From Vulcanimicrobiota bacterium (lineage in GTDB: Bacteria > Vulcanimicrobiota > Xenobia > Xenobiales > JADMJV01), in contig JBFWNU010000004.1 of assembly GCA_050250895.1 (NCBI GenBank), forward strand, positions 462,934-526,933: a stretch of DNA of 64,000 nucleotides, in the 5' to 3' direction. A program made the position numbers and the translations under genes. This document shows, piece by piece, positions 36,465-47,730 of this stretch. The notes under the pieces are model-generated. The model made no database searches and was not told the origin of the DNA. It saw only the letters and a list, made by a program, of their open reading frames with translations. Each line of letters starts with the position of its first letter. Position 1 is the first letter of the stretch.

Positions 36465-38731
36465 TCGACTCGCTGTTAGCGGGGCTGACGGAGCACCTCG
36501 AGACTGCGAATAACCTGGTCCTGTGGGCTCCGCCCGGGGTGGGCAAGACCACCCGCGTGCCCCCGGCCATTGCGGCCTGCCCCTTCGTAACCGGCCGCAA
36601 GGTGCTGGTGCTCGAGCCGCGCCGATTGGCGGCCCGACTGGCGGCCGGCTACCTGGTCGAGCAGGGCCTGCCGGTGGGTTACCAGGTTCGCTTTGACAAC
36701 CGCACCGGTCCCGACACCCGCATCGACTTTCTCACTTCCGGCATCCTCAACCGGGTGCTGCTCTCGAACCCGACCCTCGACGGAGTGGCGGCGGTGGTGC
36801 TCGACGAGTTTCACGAGCGCCATCTCGAAGGCGACCTGGCCCTGGCCCTGTTGCGGCGTCTGCAGCTCGAGCGGCGCCCCGATTTGCGTCTGGTGGTGAT
36901 GTCGGCCACCCTCGAGACCGGAGCCGTGGCCGCCCACCTCGGTGATTGCCCGGTGCTCAGTTCGGAGGTGCCCGGCTATCCCGTCGAAGTGCGCTACACC
37001 GGCCACGACCCTCGCCCGCTGGAAGAGCGGGTGGCGGGCGCGGTCAACGAACTGGCCGCGCTGCCCGGTCATCGGCTGGTCTTCTTGCCGGGAATGGCCG
37101 AGATCTTGCGCTGCCAGCAGGCCCTGGCTGGCCACGACACCCGCATTCTACACGGCAGTCTCGACAGCCGCGAACAAGATCAGGCTTTGCGTCGCAGCCC
37201 CACCACCAAAGTGATTCTCTCGACCAATGTGGCTGAATCTTCGGTCACCGTCGACGGAGTCACCGCCGTCATCGACAGCGGACTGGTGCGCCGGGCCGAG
37301 TTCTCGGCCTGGTCGGGAGTGGCTCGCCTGCTCATTGCCCGGGCCAGCCAGGCCTCGTGCGTCCAGCGGACGGGACGGGCCGGGCGCACCCAACCCGGAG
37401 TGTGCATCCGCCTGTTTGCCCTCGACGACTTCTTGGGCCGGCCCGAGTTCGACCCGCCCGAGGTGGTGCGCACCGACCTGGCCCGCCTGGCGCTGGATCT
37501 GGCCGCTCTGGACATCGTGCCGATGGACTTGCCCTGGCTGACCCCTCCCCCACCCGACCAGCTCGAAGCGGCTCTGCAACTGCTGACCGATCTGGGAGCT
37601 CTCGAGGCCGGTCGTATCACCGAGGCCGGTCGCGAAATGGCTTCGCTCTCGGTCTCGCCCCGCCAGGCCCGAGCCTTTCTGGCCTGCCGCCAGGCGGGCT
37701 TTGCCGGAGCCGGCTGCCGTCTGGCCGCCGCCCTCGAGCAGCCCGGTCCTGACCCCCTCAAAGCCGAGCCCGACCCGCACCTGGTGCGCCAGCTGCTCAA
37801 CCAGGCCGGAGCCCGCTTCGAGCGGGCCCCCAGCCAAGTCTTGCGGCGGGCCATCTTCGAGGCCTTCGTCGACCGGCTGGGCCGAGTGCGCAAAAAGACC
37901 GAACTGGCCATGGCCCGCGGCCGCTCGCTCGAGCTGAGCGAAGAACGCCTCGACGATACGCTCTGGGTGGTGCTAGAGGCTGACGAGCGCCAGGCTCGCC
38001 GCCCCCGGGTCAAGGCCATGAGCGAGGTCGAGCCCGAATGGGTCTGGGAGGATCTACTCGATAGCTTCGAAGAGCGGGTCGTCTATGGCTGGGACGACAA
38101 AGCCGGCCGGGTTACCCGCCTCGAGCAGGTGGTCTATGGCCAGCTGGTGCTCGAAGAGACCAAACGCTGGGCCGAGCCCGGACCCGAGACCGCGGCCGAG
38201 CTGGCTCGCCATCTGCCGGAGCCGCCGCCCGAACTCGCCACTCTGCTGCGCCGGCTCGAGCTGGTGCGGCAACACTTTCCCGACCTCGAACTGCCCTCGC
38301 CCGAGGTCGAGGCGCTCCTGACCCGAGCCTGTCTGGGCTCCACCCGACTCGACGAGGTGGCCGGCTCGCGGCTGGTCGACCTGGCCCGCGGGGCCCTCAC
38401 CTATCAGCAGCAACAAAGCCTCGACAAGCTCGCCCCCACCCATCTGGCGCTGCCCAGCCGGCGCCGGGGCGCGCCGATCAGCTACCCCGCCGATCGGCCG
38501 CCGTTCGTGAGCAGCAAGCTGCAAGATTTTTTCGGCCTGACCCAGACCCCCACCATTCTAGGCGGTCGCTTGCCGCTGGTGGTCCACCTGCTGGCTCCCA
38601 ACGGTCGCCCGGTCCAGGTGACCTCGGACCTGGGCGGCTTCTGGAGCGGCAGCTATCAGCGCATCCGCAAAGAGCTGCGGGGACGCTATCCGCGTCACGA
38701 TTGGCCCGAGGACCCGCCGGGTAGCCGCTGA
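36461..38731 (+). CDS. hrpB: ATP-dependent RNA helicase HrpB
   Basis: APPGVGKTT, EPRRLAAR, DEFHER, MSAT, QRTGRAGR, LLAPNGRPVQVTSDL..FW...Y....KELRGRYPRH.WP; start apparently non-canonical (CTG). Confidence 0.92.
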   Translation: MIDSLLAGLTEHLETANNLVLWAPPGVGKTTRVPPAIAACPFVTGRKVLVLEPRRLAARLAAGYLVEQGLPVGYQVRFDNRTGPDTRIDFLTSGILNRVLLSNPTLDGVAAVVLDEFHERHLEGDLALALLRRLQLERRPDLRLVVMSATLETGAVAAHLGDCPVLSSEVPGYPVEVRYTGHDPRPLEERVAGAVNELAALPGHRLVFLPGMAEILRCQQALAGHDTRILHGSLDSREQDQALRRSPTTKVILSTNVAESSVTVDGVTAVIDSGLVRRAEFSAWSGVARLLIARASQASCVQRTGRAGRTQPGVCIRLFALDDFLGRPEFDPPEVVRTDLARLALDLAALDIVPMDLPWLTPPPPDQLEAALQLLTDLGALEAGRITEAGREMASLSVSPRQARAFLACRQAGFAGAGCRLAAALEQPGPDPLKAEPDPHLVRQLLNQAGARFERAPSQVLRRAIFEAFVDRLGRVRKKTELAMARGRSLELSEERLDDTLWVVLEADERQARRPRVKAMSEVEPEWVWEDLLDSFEERVVYGWDDKAGRVTRLEQVVYGQLVLEETKRWAEPGPETAAELARHLPEPPPELATLLRRLELVRQHFPDLELPSPEVEALLTRACLGSTRLDEVAGSRLVDLARGALTYQQQQSLDKLAPTHLALPSRRRGAPISYPADRPPFVSSKLQDFFGLTQTPTILGGRLPLVVHLLAPNGRPVQVTSDLGGFWSGSYQRIRKELRGRYPRHDWPEDPPGSR

Positions 38732-38745
38732 CGAATGGTCTCACC

Positions 38746-40005
38746 TCACCCTTGGAGCCTTTTATGCAGCAGCCGCCGTAACTTGTCGACTCGGGCCTCA
38801 TGGCCGCCTCCGAACTTGCCGATCAGGCCAGCCGCCACGCCCGCGGCCGCTCCCTTGGCCACAGCCCCCATCAACAGGCTCACAGGACCAAAACACAACC
38901 CCAGTCCCAGGCCCAGACTGGCCCCCAGAAACCCTTTCTCGAGCACAAAGTCGCGTGGCCTGATCACCAATTCGAGCGCCTCGAGTTCGGCCACCACACG
39001 CCTCCCCAGGCGAAGGCACAATCCGTCCAGCCGCTCGAGTTCAGCGTCCAGGCCGGCCTGATCGCGAACGGCGAAGCCGGATAGGTCGCTGGCCCAACCA
39101 TCCAGACAAAGGGCCGCTCGTGCCCCTGGGCACGGCAGGCGTCGTTCAAAAATCTGGATAGCGACGCCGTACTGCACTAGATATACCTGACTCGGCCCGG
39201 ACAGGGCGAAAGGAATGACCACGGTCGAACCGACTCCTGCCTCATCCACCTCGACCAACCGCAAGAATACGTCGGGACTCCTGGTCTCGGTTCGATGGCG
39301 GGTGTGTCCTTCGAAGACCAGCGCAGGGCGACCGGCAACGAGCCCCAGCCCTTGGCCCGGGCCCAGCACCTCGCCCAGCAAGAGACCAGGCTCGACCAGA
39401 CTCTCGTCTGGGCGCGGAAAGGCCTGATAGAACGGCGCTTCCGAGCGCAGGTTGAGTTGGCGAGTATCTAAATAGACCGGGACAGGACTAAAGGTGAGAC
39501 GAGTTGACAGTGCCTCGTGCTCAGCGGCCCGCTGGGCAGCCGTCGCGGGCCGCGTGATGACCAGGCTGCAAGCCGAGCCACCGGGCTCGACCTCGAGACT
39601 TTCTGGCTCCTGACCCAATCGGACTCCCTGACCCCGGGGGTGATCATAGAACTCTATCTCGCTGGCCGGGGCCGCGTTCAGGCCGGCCCCGAGCAGGCCC
39701 AGAGCGTCTTGGGAATCCTCGGATAAAGGGCGCGAGAATAGTTCGAACACCTCGCTACAGCCAAGGTCCACCTCGAAAAACTCGAGCCGGACCCGGTCCC
39801 TCTTCACCTCGATGCGAATCTGGCTGGCTTGCAAGCGCACCCCCGCCTGAACCAGTTTCAGCAGATAGCCGGCGGGATGGGCCAGCTGAAAGCGGCCTAG
39901 CTTGACCTGAGCCCTGGACCAATCGATGGTGAAGCGACCCGACGAGTCCAAGGCGCCACGACCCCTTTGATCCTCGAGAAATCTCTGGAACGACTCGGTG
40001 CCCAC
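38746..40005 (-). CDS. Hypothetical protein with a degenerate GHKL-like N-terminus and a C-terminal glycine-rich TM hairpin
   Basis: SSGRFTID..RA..KL..FQL..P..YLLKLVQAG pattern; hydrophobic C-terminus. Confidence 0.65.
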   Translation of the reverse strand: MGTESFQRFLEDQRGRGALDSSGRFTIDWSRAQVKLGRFQLAHPAGYLLKLVQAGVRLQASQIRIEVKRDRVRLEFFEVDLGCSEVFELFSRPLSEDSQDALGLLGAGLNAAPASEIEFYDHPRGQGVRLGQEPESLEVEPGGSACSLVITRPATAAQRAAEHEALSTRLTFSPVPVYLDTRQLNLRSEAPFYQAFPRPDESLVEPGLLLGEVLGPGQGLGLVAGRPALVFEGHTRHRTETRSPDVFLRLVEVDEAGVGSTVVIPFALSGPSQVYLVQYGVAIQIFERRLPCPGARAALCLDGWASDLSGFAVRDQAGLDAELERLDGLCLRLGRRVVAELEALELVIRPRDFVLEKGFLGASLGLGLGLCFGPVSLLMGAVAKGAAAGVAAGLIGKFGGGHEARVDKLRRLLHKRLQG

Positions 40006-40050
40006 TGCTTCGAACTTCAGCGCAGAGGCGGACCTGCCTTCCTGCCCGAA

Positions 40051-41940
40051 GTGTCCGGGGTGCGAACGACGCTACTAACCGTGGCCGGGTTGGGCGCCTG
40101 GGCGACGGGCGTGCTGTGCGGACAGTATCTCGCGGCGGCGAGCCGCACCGGCATTGGGCTGGCCTGGGCGACGCTGGCCCTGGCCTGGATCGGGTTTGCA
40201 GCGCTGATGTGGCAGCCTGAGCAAGGCCTGGCCGAGCTGAACAGCAAACTACTGTGGCCCTTGACCGGCATGGCCAAACTGGCCGGCCGGGGCTTCGCCG
40301 GGCTAAGGGACCGTCGCTTTCTGGGAGGCCTCGTGGGGTGGCTGATGGTCGTCGGCCTGCTGGCCGCGCCTGGACCCTATATCGACTACAAGTTCAGGCA
40401 GCATCTGCACGAACTCGAGCAGCTTCAAGCCGAGAACCAAACCAATGAGGTGCGGAAAAAGGCCGAGAAACTGCTCGCCTATCACCCTGACAATCCCGAC
40501 CTGCTCCGCTACGGGGCCTCGGGGCTCGAGCGTCTCGAGGCTGCCGAGCCTCTTCTGACCAGGGCCATCAAGGCCAGGCCCGAAGACCCCCGCCCCTACT
40601 TGACCCGGGGGATGCTCTACGCGAAAGCCTACAAGCCCGAGCTGGCCCTGGCCGATCTCGAGCGCTGGCAAGAACTGACGCGGACAAAGGAGTTGCCAGA
40701 CCAGTTTCTCGAGGCCCGGGCTCAAGCCTATCGCGCCGCCAAGAACCATCGGCGGGCCGCCCAGGATCTGGAAGCACTGGTCAAACGGCATCCTGACCGA
40801 GCCGATTACCAAGAAAAACTGACGGACGCCTATCTCAGCCAAAGTCTCTACAGCCAGGCTGAAAAGCCCTCGAGCGAGTGGCTGCGCCTGGCGCCCGACG
40901 ATCCCCACGCCTATTCAGCTCGTTCGGTGGTCTGTAACGGCCTGGGTCGATACGACGAATCCATCGCCCTCGACAGCTGGCTCGTCGAGCACAACAAACT
41001 GACCGACTGGGCCCTTCCCCACCGAGGCTACAGCTGTCGTCTGGCGGGCCGTCTGGCCGAATCAGAAGCCGACTATCGTCTCACCCTGGAGCGCCATCCG
41101 CGCCACGCACGGGCCCTGGCCAACCTGATCATGGTGTTGCAAGAGTCGGGGCGCGAAGCCGAAGTGGTCTCGACCCTGCGCAAGACACTCGAGGCCGACC
41201 CCGAGTTTAGCGCTGCTCGCCGCATCTTGATCAAGGAACTCTTCAACCGCGTCGATCGCGAGGCTGCGCTCGGCGAAGCAGACCGCCTGATAGCCCGCGA
41301 CCCGACAGCCGAGAACTATCTGGTTCGTGCCTACTTGCACCCCCACGACTTTCAGGCCGCCCTGGCCGATTGCGACAAGGCCGCCCAGATGCTCAATGAA
41401 AAGCGGGCCGGAGAAACCACCGGAATCACCGTCATGGCGGCCCGTTCGGGCTTTGCCTCGCGCCAGCAAGAGCAGGCAAAGCTCCTCGAGCAACTCGAGG
41501 TATTGCAGGCGGCAAAGTCCTCGCAAGAGTTGGCCCACCGGGCCAGGCTTCAGCTGGCCCTGGGTCACTACCAGCAGGCACTGGCAGACTTCGAGCGGGC
41601 CGAGCCACTCACGCCCGAAATGGTCTGCGAGAAGGCCTATTGCCTGGGCCTCCTTGGCCGTTACGACCAGGGATTGACCCGACTGTCCCAGGCCCCGGCC
41701 TCGACTCGCCAGCAAGAAGTGCGGGGGTATCTGCTGGTCGGACTAGGCCGCCATCAGCAAGCCGTGGCCGCCTACACCCAGGCCCTGGCCAAGCACGAGA
41801 CCGGCCAGGCCCTTTGGGGCCGGGCCCGGGCCTACCGTCGCCTGGGCCAGTGGAAACTCGCTCGAGAAGATGAAGCGGCGGCTGGCAAGCTCATCGCCAC
41901 CTTCGATCACCCCTGGTGGCCCAAGCCGGAAGAAAGGTAG
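40051..41940 (+). CDS. Membrane-anchored TPR protein
   Basis: N-terminal TM segments followed by many TPRs (YLTRGMLY...ALADL; [11 protein letters not shown]); start uncertain. Confidence 0.82.
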   Translation: MSGVRTTLLTVAGLGAWATGVLCGQYLAAASRTGIGLAWATLALAWIGFAALMWQPEQGLAELNSKLLWPLTGMAKLAGRGFAGLRDRRFLGGLVGWLMVVGLLAAPGPYIDYKFRQHLHELEQLQAENQTNEVRKKAEKLLAYHPDNPDLLRYGASGLERLEAAEPLLTRAIKARPEDPRPYLTRGMLYAKAYKPELALADLERWQELTRTKELPDQFLEARAQAYRAAKNHRRAAQDLEALVKRHPDRADYQEKLTDAYLSQSLYSQAEKPSSEWLRLAPDDPHAYSARSVVCNGLGRYDESIALDSWLVEHNKLTDWALPHRGYSCRLAGRLAESEADYRLTLERHPRHARALANLIMVLQESGREAEVVSTLRKTLEADPEFSAARRILIKELFNRVDREAALGEADRLIARDPTAENYLVRAYLHPHDFQAALADCDKAAQMLNEKRAGETTGITVMAARSGFASRQQEQAKLLEQLEVLQAAKSSQELAHRARLQLALGHYQQALADFERAEPLTPEMVCEKAYCLGLLGRYDQGLTRLSQAPASTRQQEVRGYLLVGLGRHQQAVAAYTQALAKHETGQALWGRARAYRRLGQWKLAREDEAAAGKLIATFDHPWWPKPEER

Positions 41941-41942
41941 CC

Positions 41943-44336
41943 ATGCAACCCGACTTTCTCGAGCAGCGACGACGGGTGCAAGAGACCCTCAACGAGACCG
42001 TCATCAACCGGGTCCGCTTCTTCTTTCTCAGCATCGCTCTGGTGGTGCACACCAGCAACCATTTCTACCGCTGGGCAGCGATCATCAGCCATACCTCCTT
42101 AATCGCCATCCTCTTGCTGGGTCTGGTCATGACGGTGCTGGTCGAGTCTTACCTTCGCACCGACCCGCCCTATGAAACCAAGCGTAAATTCTTGCTCTCG
42201 ACCTTTGATGTCATGTTGATCCTGGGAGCCTTTAGCACCGTGCTGGTCGACGATGGCCCGCCAGCGGTTGCGGCCATCGTGCCGCTGCCTCTGCTGGTGA
42301 TGATCACGGTGGTCTCGAGCCTGCGTTACGACCCTCGGGTGGTCCTCTACGTGGGCGGGCTCTGTGCTCTTTCCCAGCTGATTCGGGTGGTCATCTTGGC
42401 GCCACCTGGCTTCACCGTGATCATTGGACTGATGAGCGTGGTAGTGTTGGCCAGCGCCACCTTTGTGCTCAAAGTCCAGGTGGCCACCCAACTTCGCCTC
42501 TTCTCGGAGGCCATCGAGAAAGAAAAGGCCGAAGAGGCCACCCGAGCCAAATCCGAGTTTCTGGCCCACATGAGCCACGAGATTCGCACTCCCATGAACG
42601 GCATCATGGGCATGACCGAACTGGCCCTCAAGACCGACCTCGACCTATCGCAGCGAGAATACCTCAACGCCGTCAAGCAGTCGGCCGATTCGCTACTGGG
42701 CATCATCAACCAGATTCTCGATTTCTCCAAGATCGAGGCCGGCCACCTTGAACTCGACCCCATCGAGGCCGACCTTGACGAGTGCCTGGGAGACGCCCTC
42801 AAGGCGGTGGCCCTGCAAGCCCACCTCAAAGGACTCGAACTGGCCTATCACCTGCACCCCGAGGTGCCGCGCCGGGCCCTGTTCGACCCCCATCGCTTGC
42901 GCCAGATCATCATCAACCTGGTAGGCAACGGACTAAAGTTCACTCACGAGGGCAGTCTGACCGTGCGGGTCTATCCCGACGGAGAATTGCTGCACTTCGA
43001 GGTCCAGGACACCGGCATCGGCATTCCCAAAGACCGTCAGCACAAGATCTTCGAGTCGTTCTCGCAAGCCGATCGCTCGACCTCGCGACAATATGGCGGC
43101 ACCGGCCTGGGCCTGACCATCACGGCTCGTCTGATCGAGCTAATGGGCGGCCAGGTGTGGGTCGAGAGCGAGCCCGGCGAGGGCAGCATCTTCCACTTCA
43201 CGGCCGCCATCACGGCCGCAGCGCCGACCGAAGACCCGGTCGAGGAACTGGCCTGCCGCTGCCTGGCCGGCCGCCAGCTGGCGGTGGCCTGCGACCATCC
43301 CGTGCTGGCGCAGTTTCTGACCGATGCTCTGACCAGCTGGGGAGCAGAACTCGCCAGCCAGGAGGCCGACCTGACCGTGGTCGATGGTCTGGCCGCCGAA
43401 GCCGACCTGGTCTTGCTCGACTCGAGAGACCTGGCCAGCGACCTGGCCCGGGCCCGCTCGCTGAACTGCAAGAGCCATCTGGTCAAGCCTTGCAAACGCT
43501 CCGAGCTGCGAGCCGCACTGCTGCGACTGGTGGCCCCCGAGCAGGCCGCCGAATTGCTGGGTTCACCCGAGGCTGCCGAACAAACGGCCTTTCCCGGGCT
43601 GCAGGTGTTGGTCACCGACGACAATCCCATCAACCGCAAGCTGGCCCACCTGATGCTAGAAGAGCTGGGATGCCAGGTCGACGAGGCCGAGGATGGAACG
43701 GCCGCGCTGGCCAAAGCCGAGTCGAGCGAGGTGTTGTTGCTCGATATCACCATGCCCGACATGGATGGCTTTGAGTGCACTCGTCGTCTGCGCGAGAAGA
43801 TCCTCGACCGACGCCTGCCGATCGTAGCCCTCACCGCCCACGCCCTGAAGGGTTTCGAGGAAAAGTGCCTGGCCGCCGACATGGACGGCTATCTTTCCAA
43901 GCCCATCGATTCGGCCCGCCTGCGCCAGACGCTGGCTCGCTTCGCCACTCCTCAGACGGCCGCTCCCAAGCCCGCCAAGCCCACTGCCACCAGCGACGAG
44001 GTGGTCGATCTCGACACCTTGCTGGGCCGGGTGCAAGGCGACCGCGGCTTGCTGAAGATGGTGGTCGAGCAGTTTCTCGAGCTGGGCCGCCGCCAACTCG
44101 AAGCGGTGGCCGAGGCGGTCGAGGCCGGCCAGGCCCGCCAGCTGGAAGTGGCCGCCCACACCCTCAAAGGCTCGCTGCTCAACCTCAGCGCCGGCCCGGC
44201 CGCCGAGTCGGCCCGCAAACTAGAAGACCTCGGTCGCGACGGTGGTGTAGAGGGCTCGGCTCAGCTCTTGGCCGACCTGCAAGAAGACTTCGAACGGGTC
44301 TGCCGGTACCTGCAAGCGGCCACCGACGCGTCTTGA
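41943..44336 (+). CDS. Membrane hybrid histidine kinase (HisKA, HATPase, degenerate REC, REC, HPt)
   Basis: [42 protein letters not shown]. Confidence 0.95.
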   Translation: MQPDFLEQRRRVQETLNETVINRVRFFFLSIALVVHTSNHFYRWAAIISHTSLIAILLLGLVMTVLVESYLRTDPPYETKRKFLLSTFDVMLILGAFSTVLVDDGPPAVAAIVPLPLLVMITVVSSLRYDPRVVLYVGGLCALSQLIRVVILAPPGFTVIIGLMSVVVLASATFVLKVQVATQLRLFSEAIEKEKAEEATRAKSEFLAHMSHEIRTPMNGIMGMTELALKTDLDLSQREYLNAVKQSADSLLGIINQILDFSKIEAGHLELDPIEADLDECLGDALKAVALQAHLKGLELAYHLHPEVPRRALFDPHRLRQIIINLVGNGLKFTHEGSLTVRVYPDGELLHFEVQDTGIGIPKDRQHKIFESFSQADRSTSRQYGGTGLGLTITARLIELMGGQVWVESEPGEGSIFHFTAAITAAAPTEDPVEELACRCLAGRQLAVACDHPVLAQFLTDALTSWGAELASQEADLTVVDGLAAEADLVLLDSRDLASDLARARSLNCKSHLVKPCKRSELRAALLRLVAPEQAAELLGSPEAAEQTAFPGLQVLVTDDNPINRKLAHLMLEELGCQVDEAEDGTAALAKAESSEVLLLDITMPDMDGFECTRRLREKILDRRLPIVALTAHALKGFEEKCLAADMDGYLSKPIDSARLRQTLARFATPQTAAPKPAKPTATSDEVVDLDTLLGRVQGDRGLLKMVVEQFLELGRRQLEAVAEAVEAGQARQLEVAAHTLKGSLLNLSAGPAAESARKLEDLGRDGGVEGSAQLLADLQEDFERVCRYLQAATDAS

Positions 44337-44378
44337 CCCACGCACCTTCAGTGACGGCCTGAGGGTGTCTAAGCCGAG

Positions 44379-44648
44379 CTATACCTCGCTGGGGGCTTTC
44401 AGGTCCAGCGAAAGGGCGTGCACCGGTCCGGCCATCTCGTCGGCCAGAATCTGATGCACCAGACGATAGCGGGCCACCCGGTTCTTGCCTTCGAACTCGG
44501 GCGAGACGATCAGGGCGTTGAAGTGGCTCTCGCCGGTGCCGGGCGAGCCACGATGGCCGGCGTGCTGATGCGAGACGTTGTCGATGACCAACCGGGTGGG
44601 CTTGAGGGCGTCGGTGAGCTTTTGCTCCATGGTTTCTTGAACGGACAT
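44379..44648 (-). CDS. bolA: BolA family protein
   Basis: HAGHRG..GESHF..LIVSPEFEGK.RVAR.RLV...L...VHALSL. Confidence 0.93.
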   Translation of the reverse strand: MSVQETMEQKLTDALKPTRLVIDNVSHQHAGHRGSPGTGESHFNALIVSPEFEGKNRVARYRLVHQILADEMAGPVHALSLDLKAPSEV

Positions 44649-44719
44649 ACCCAGGCGTGCGACATCCCGAGCCCAGCACCTGCTACAGGATCCCCTCAGC
44701 CGGGCGAGAAAATAGCCCG

Positions 44720-46615
44720 ATGTCGAACTCTCTTAGCGTCAGCGGTTGGTTTGCCCAGGTCACCGGCCAAACCAGCCGTCCTGCGCCTTCGCGCCCGCCC
44801 CAGGCAGCCCGTCCCGACCGGACGGAGGTGTCGGGCCGCCGTCCCGACCGTGGGGGCATCCTCCAGCAAGCGCGCAGCCGCGTCAGCGGGTTGCTCGACG
44901 GCACCAGCGGAGCCATCGAGAGCCTGGGCCGAGGGGGCTCGCAACTGGTGCAGGGCTTCTCGGATTTTCTCGGGCGCAGCGTCTCGACTACCACGGGTGT
45001 CATCGGCGATGCCGGGGGGTTGCTAACCCGAGGGGCCACCCGAGCCGGTGCCGCGGGCCTCGAGGCAGCGGGCGCCCCCCAGGCCGCCGCCCGATTACGG
45101 GCAGCCGGAGCTACCGCTTCGCGGGCCATCGAAGGCAGCTCGCGCTCGGTCGGCCAGACGGCCTCGAGTTTCGTCAGCGGAGTGGGCGACGGCCTGGGCG
45201 GGCTCGTCGAAGGAGTGGGTACAGCCGTGGCTCATCCCATCCAGACCGCCCAGGCCATCAGCCGCCTCGATCAGCTCATCAATCCCATCAGCCAGTTGCG
45301 GGCCGTGGCCGAAGGCCGCAACCCCCTCGCCGAAAACCTGCAGACGGTGGGGGGCATCATCGAGGGAGTGCGCGAGGGTTATCGCGAGACCGGACGCGAC
45401 CACGGCACCGCCGGCCAGGTGGGTCGGGCCGTGTTTGACGTGGCCACTACCCTGGCCACCGGCGGCTCGACCACGGCCGGCCGGGTCGGCCTGCGGGCCA
45501 GCGCCAACCTGCTCGACGACTTTGCCCGCGTCAGCCGAGCCGCTGCCGAAGGGGGCGAAGTCGCTAACGCCGGCCGGTTGGCCCAATCGGCCGGCAGCTT
45601 TGTGGGGCGACGCCTCAACGGTCCGCTGGCTCCGGTGGCCGAACGCCTCACCGGGGCCGCCGAAAGCGGCTCTCAGGCCCTGGTGCGGCGAGCCCAGCGC
45701 CTGGAAGAGCGAAACCTGGCCCGCGGCCAGGCCCGGGCCGGCGAGGTTCCCGGAGCTGACGGAGCCGAAATCCTGCAATCCACCCGCCAGCAAGCCTCGG
45801 GCCTGAGTGGCCGCCTGCGCACCAGCGAGGCCCAGTGGCGGGCCGGCGGCGCCGAGCGCGAAGCCCTGGTCGAGAATCTGCCGGGGCCCACCCGCCAGCG
45901 GGTGCGCGAACTCGAGGCTCAGGGTCAGACCGACCAGGCCCTCGAGCTGCTGCAGCGCCATCAGGTCGAGGCCACCATCCGAGCCGGCCTCGATGACGTG
46001 GCCCGGGTCGACGAACTCTATCCCACCCAACTGCCGCCCGAGGTCGACGCCTCGCGCGTGCTGGCCCAGGGACGGCGCGAATCGCTCGAATTCATGCTCG
46101 ACGATCCCACCCTGAGCGCCGACGGGCTGCGCCGCAACTTCCGCCACATCGTGGGCGACAGCGACGTGACCGGCCCCGTCTACATCCAGCAATACAAAGC
46201 CGGCGATCAGGTGGGCCGCGCCTTCTCGTCGTCGGCCGGACGCGAGACCGGCATCGGCAGCAACTCGCGCCTGCAAGGCGGCTATTTCGGAGCCGTCGAT
46301 GACGCCCAGCTGTCGCGCTCGCAAATTCAGGCCCGCAACGCGGTGGGCCTCGACAATCACGCCGACCGCTTCGCCGTCTTCACCCTTCCCGAGGACACCT
46401 ATGGAGTGGTCTCGCGCATCGGCGAGCAGTTCGACCTCTACGGCCACCACGCCGTAGGAGGCAACATCCAGGTGACCTTTCCCGGCGCCGTCCAGCCCAT
46501 CAATCCTCGTGTGAGCGATGTCGGCCGTCTGTCTGCCCAGGCCCAGCGCCGGCTGGATGCGGCGGCCGCCACCGGGGCCACCGGCCAGATCACCAGCGAG
46601 CCAACGGAGGGCTAG
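44720..46615 (+). CDS. Polymorphic-toxin-like protein (A/G-rich helical stalk, C-terminal TNT/ART-like domain)
   Basis: GVGTAVAHPIQTA and GRAVFDVATTLATGG pre-toxin-like segments; C-terminal R...GGYF...R.A...F.LP....SRI..QF...GG.IQ. Confidence 0.6.
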   Translation: MSNSLSVSGWFAQVTGQTSRPAPSRPPQAARPDRTEVSGRRPDRGGILQQARSRVSGLLDGTSGAIESLGRGGSQLVQGFSDFLGRSVSTTTGVIGDAGGLLTRGATRAGAAGLEAAGAPQAAARLRAAGATASRAIEGSSRSVGQTASSFVSGVGDGLGGLVEGVGTAVAHPIQTAQAISRLDQLINPISQLRAVAEGRNPLAENLQTVGGIIEGVREGYRETGRDHGTAGQVGRAVFDVATTLATGGSTTAGRVGLRASANLLDDFARVSRAAAEGGEVANAGRLAQSAGSFVGRRLNGPLAPVAERLTGAAESGSQALVRRAQRLEERNLARGQARAGEVPGADGAEILQSTRQQASGLSGRLRTSEAQWRAGGAEREALVENLPGPTRQRVRELEAQGQTDQALELLQRHQVEATIRAGLDDVARVDELYPTQLPPEVDASRVLAQGRRESLEFMLDDPTLSADGLRRNFRHIVGDSDVTGPVYIQQYKAGDQVGRAFSSSAGRETGIGSNSRLQGGYFGAVDDAQLSRSQIQARNAVGLDNHADRFAVFTLPEDTYGVVSRIGEQFDLYGHHAVGGNIQVTFPGAVQPINPRVSDVGRLSAQAQRRLDAAAATGATGQITSEPTEG

Positions 46616-47730
46616 TGGCCAGACTTCCCCGCCGTCGCCGCCAGGCCAAAGGGGGGCTGGGCGACTCTGAGACCCCCGCCCTCTACTCGCCCGCAGACGA
46701 AGACTCGCGGGCCCAGGCTCTGGGCACCCTGGGACTGCTCGACACCCCGCCCGAAGAGCGGTTCGACCGCATCTGCCGCCTGGCCCAACAGGTGATGCAG
46801 GCTCCGGCCACCTACATCTCGCTCATCGACCGCCAGCGCCAGTGGTTCAAGTCGACCTGCGGCATGGGCGAAGTCCAAGAAACCCCCCGCGAAGGAACCT
46901 TCTGCGACTATGCCATCCGGCGCAGCCGACCCACCGTGGTCCTCAACGCCACCGAGGATCCCCTCTTCGCCAAAAGTCCCTATGTAACCGAAGGCCCCAA
47001 AGTGCGCTTCTACGCCGGCTATCCCCTGGTGGTCGGGGGCCAGAGGGTGGGCACGCTATGCGCCCTCGACTTCGAGCCACGAACCGAGGTCAGCCCCGAG
47101 CAGATGGAGCAACTGGGCGACTTAGCCCGCATGGCCGAAACCGAACTCACCCGCCCCCCGGCCGACCCGCCGGGCGATGGCGCCTGGCGCGAGATCACGG
47201 TGCTGCGGGCCAACTTGCCGGGCTCGGCCGCTCTCTTCGAGCAGCTCGAGGCCGGCCTGGTACTGGCCATCCTCAACCTCTATCTCGAGGGCTTCATCGG
47301 CTTGATCCATCACTATGGGGGGACGGTCGACGATCTCTGTGGCGACACGCTGAGGGTCGCTTTCGGGCTCGAACCGCAGGCCGATCATCCGCTGCGAGCG
47401 GCCGCCTGCGCGCTGGCCATGCAAGCCGCCATGGTCGACCTCAACCAGGCCCTGGCGCAACGAAACCTTCCCCCGCTGGCCTGCGCCATCTCGCTGCACA
47501 CGGCCGAGGTGGTGGTGGGCAGTCTCGGCTCGCACGGCCTCTGGAAGCCCTCCTGGGTGGGTGACGCCCTGGCCCTGAGCGACCGCGTTCAGCCCCTGGT
47601 GGCCGGGGGCCAGATTCTCGCCTCGGAGACCACTATCGAGGCCCTCGGGCCGCTGGCCCAGCTGGGCGACGAACTCGAGCTCGACCCGCTTCCTTTCTAT
47701 CCTCTGAAGGGCCTGCGCGAGGCGCTTTGA
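46615..47730 (+). CDS. GAF plus degenerate class III cyclase domain
   Basis: LLDTPPEERFDRI, RQWFKS, VRFYAGYPL; cyclase with VLRANL (first Asp lost) and GDALALSDR. Confidence 0.82.
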   Translation: MARLPRRRRQAKGGLGDSETPALYSPADEDSRAQALGTLGLLDTPPEERFDRICRLAQQVMQAPATYISLIDRQRQWFKSTCGMGEVQETPREGTFCDYAIRRSRPTVVLNATEDPLFAKSPYVTEGPKVRFYAGYPLVVGGQRVGTLCALDFEPRTEVSPEQMEQLGDLARMAETELTRPPADPPGDGAWREITVLRANLPGSAALFEQLEAGLVLAILNLYLEGFIGLIHHYGGTVDDLCGDTLRVAFGLEPQADHPLRAAACALAMQAAMVDLNQALAQRNLPPLACAISLHTAEVVVGSLGSHGLWKPSWVGDALALSDRVQPLVAGGQILASETTIEALGPLAQLGDELELDPLPFYPLKGLREAL

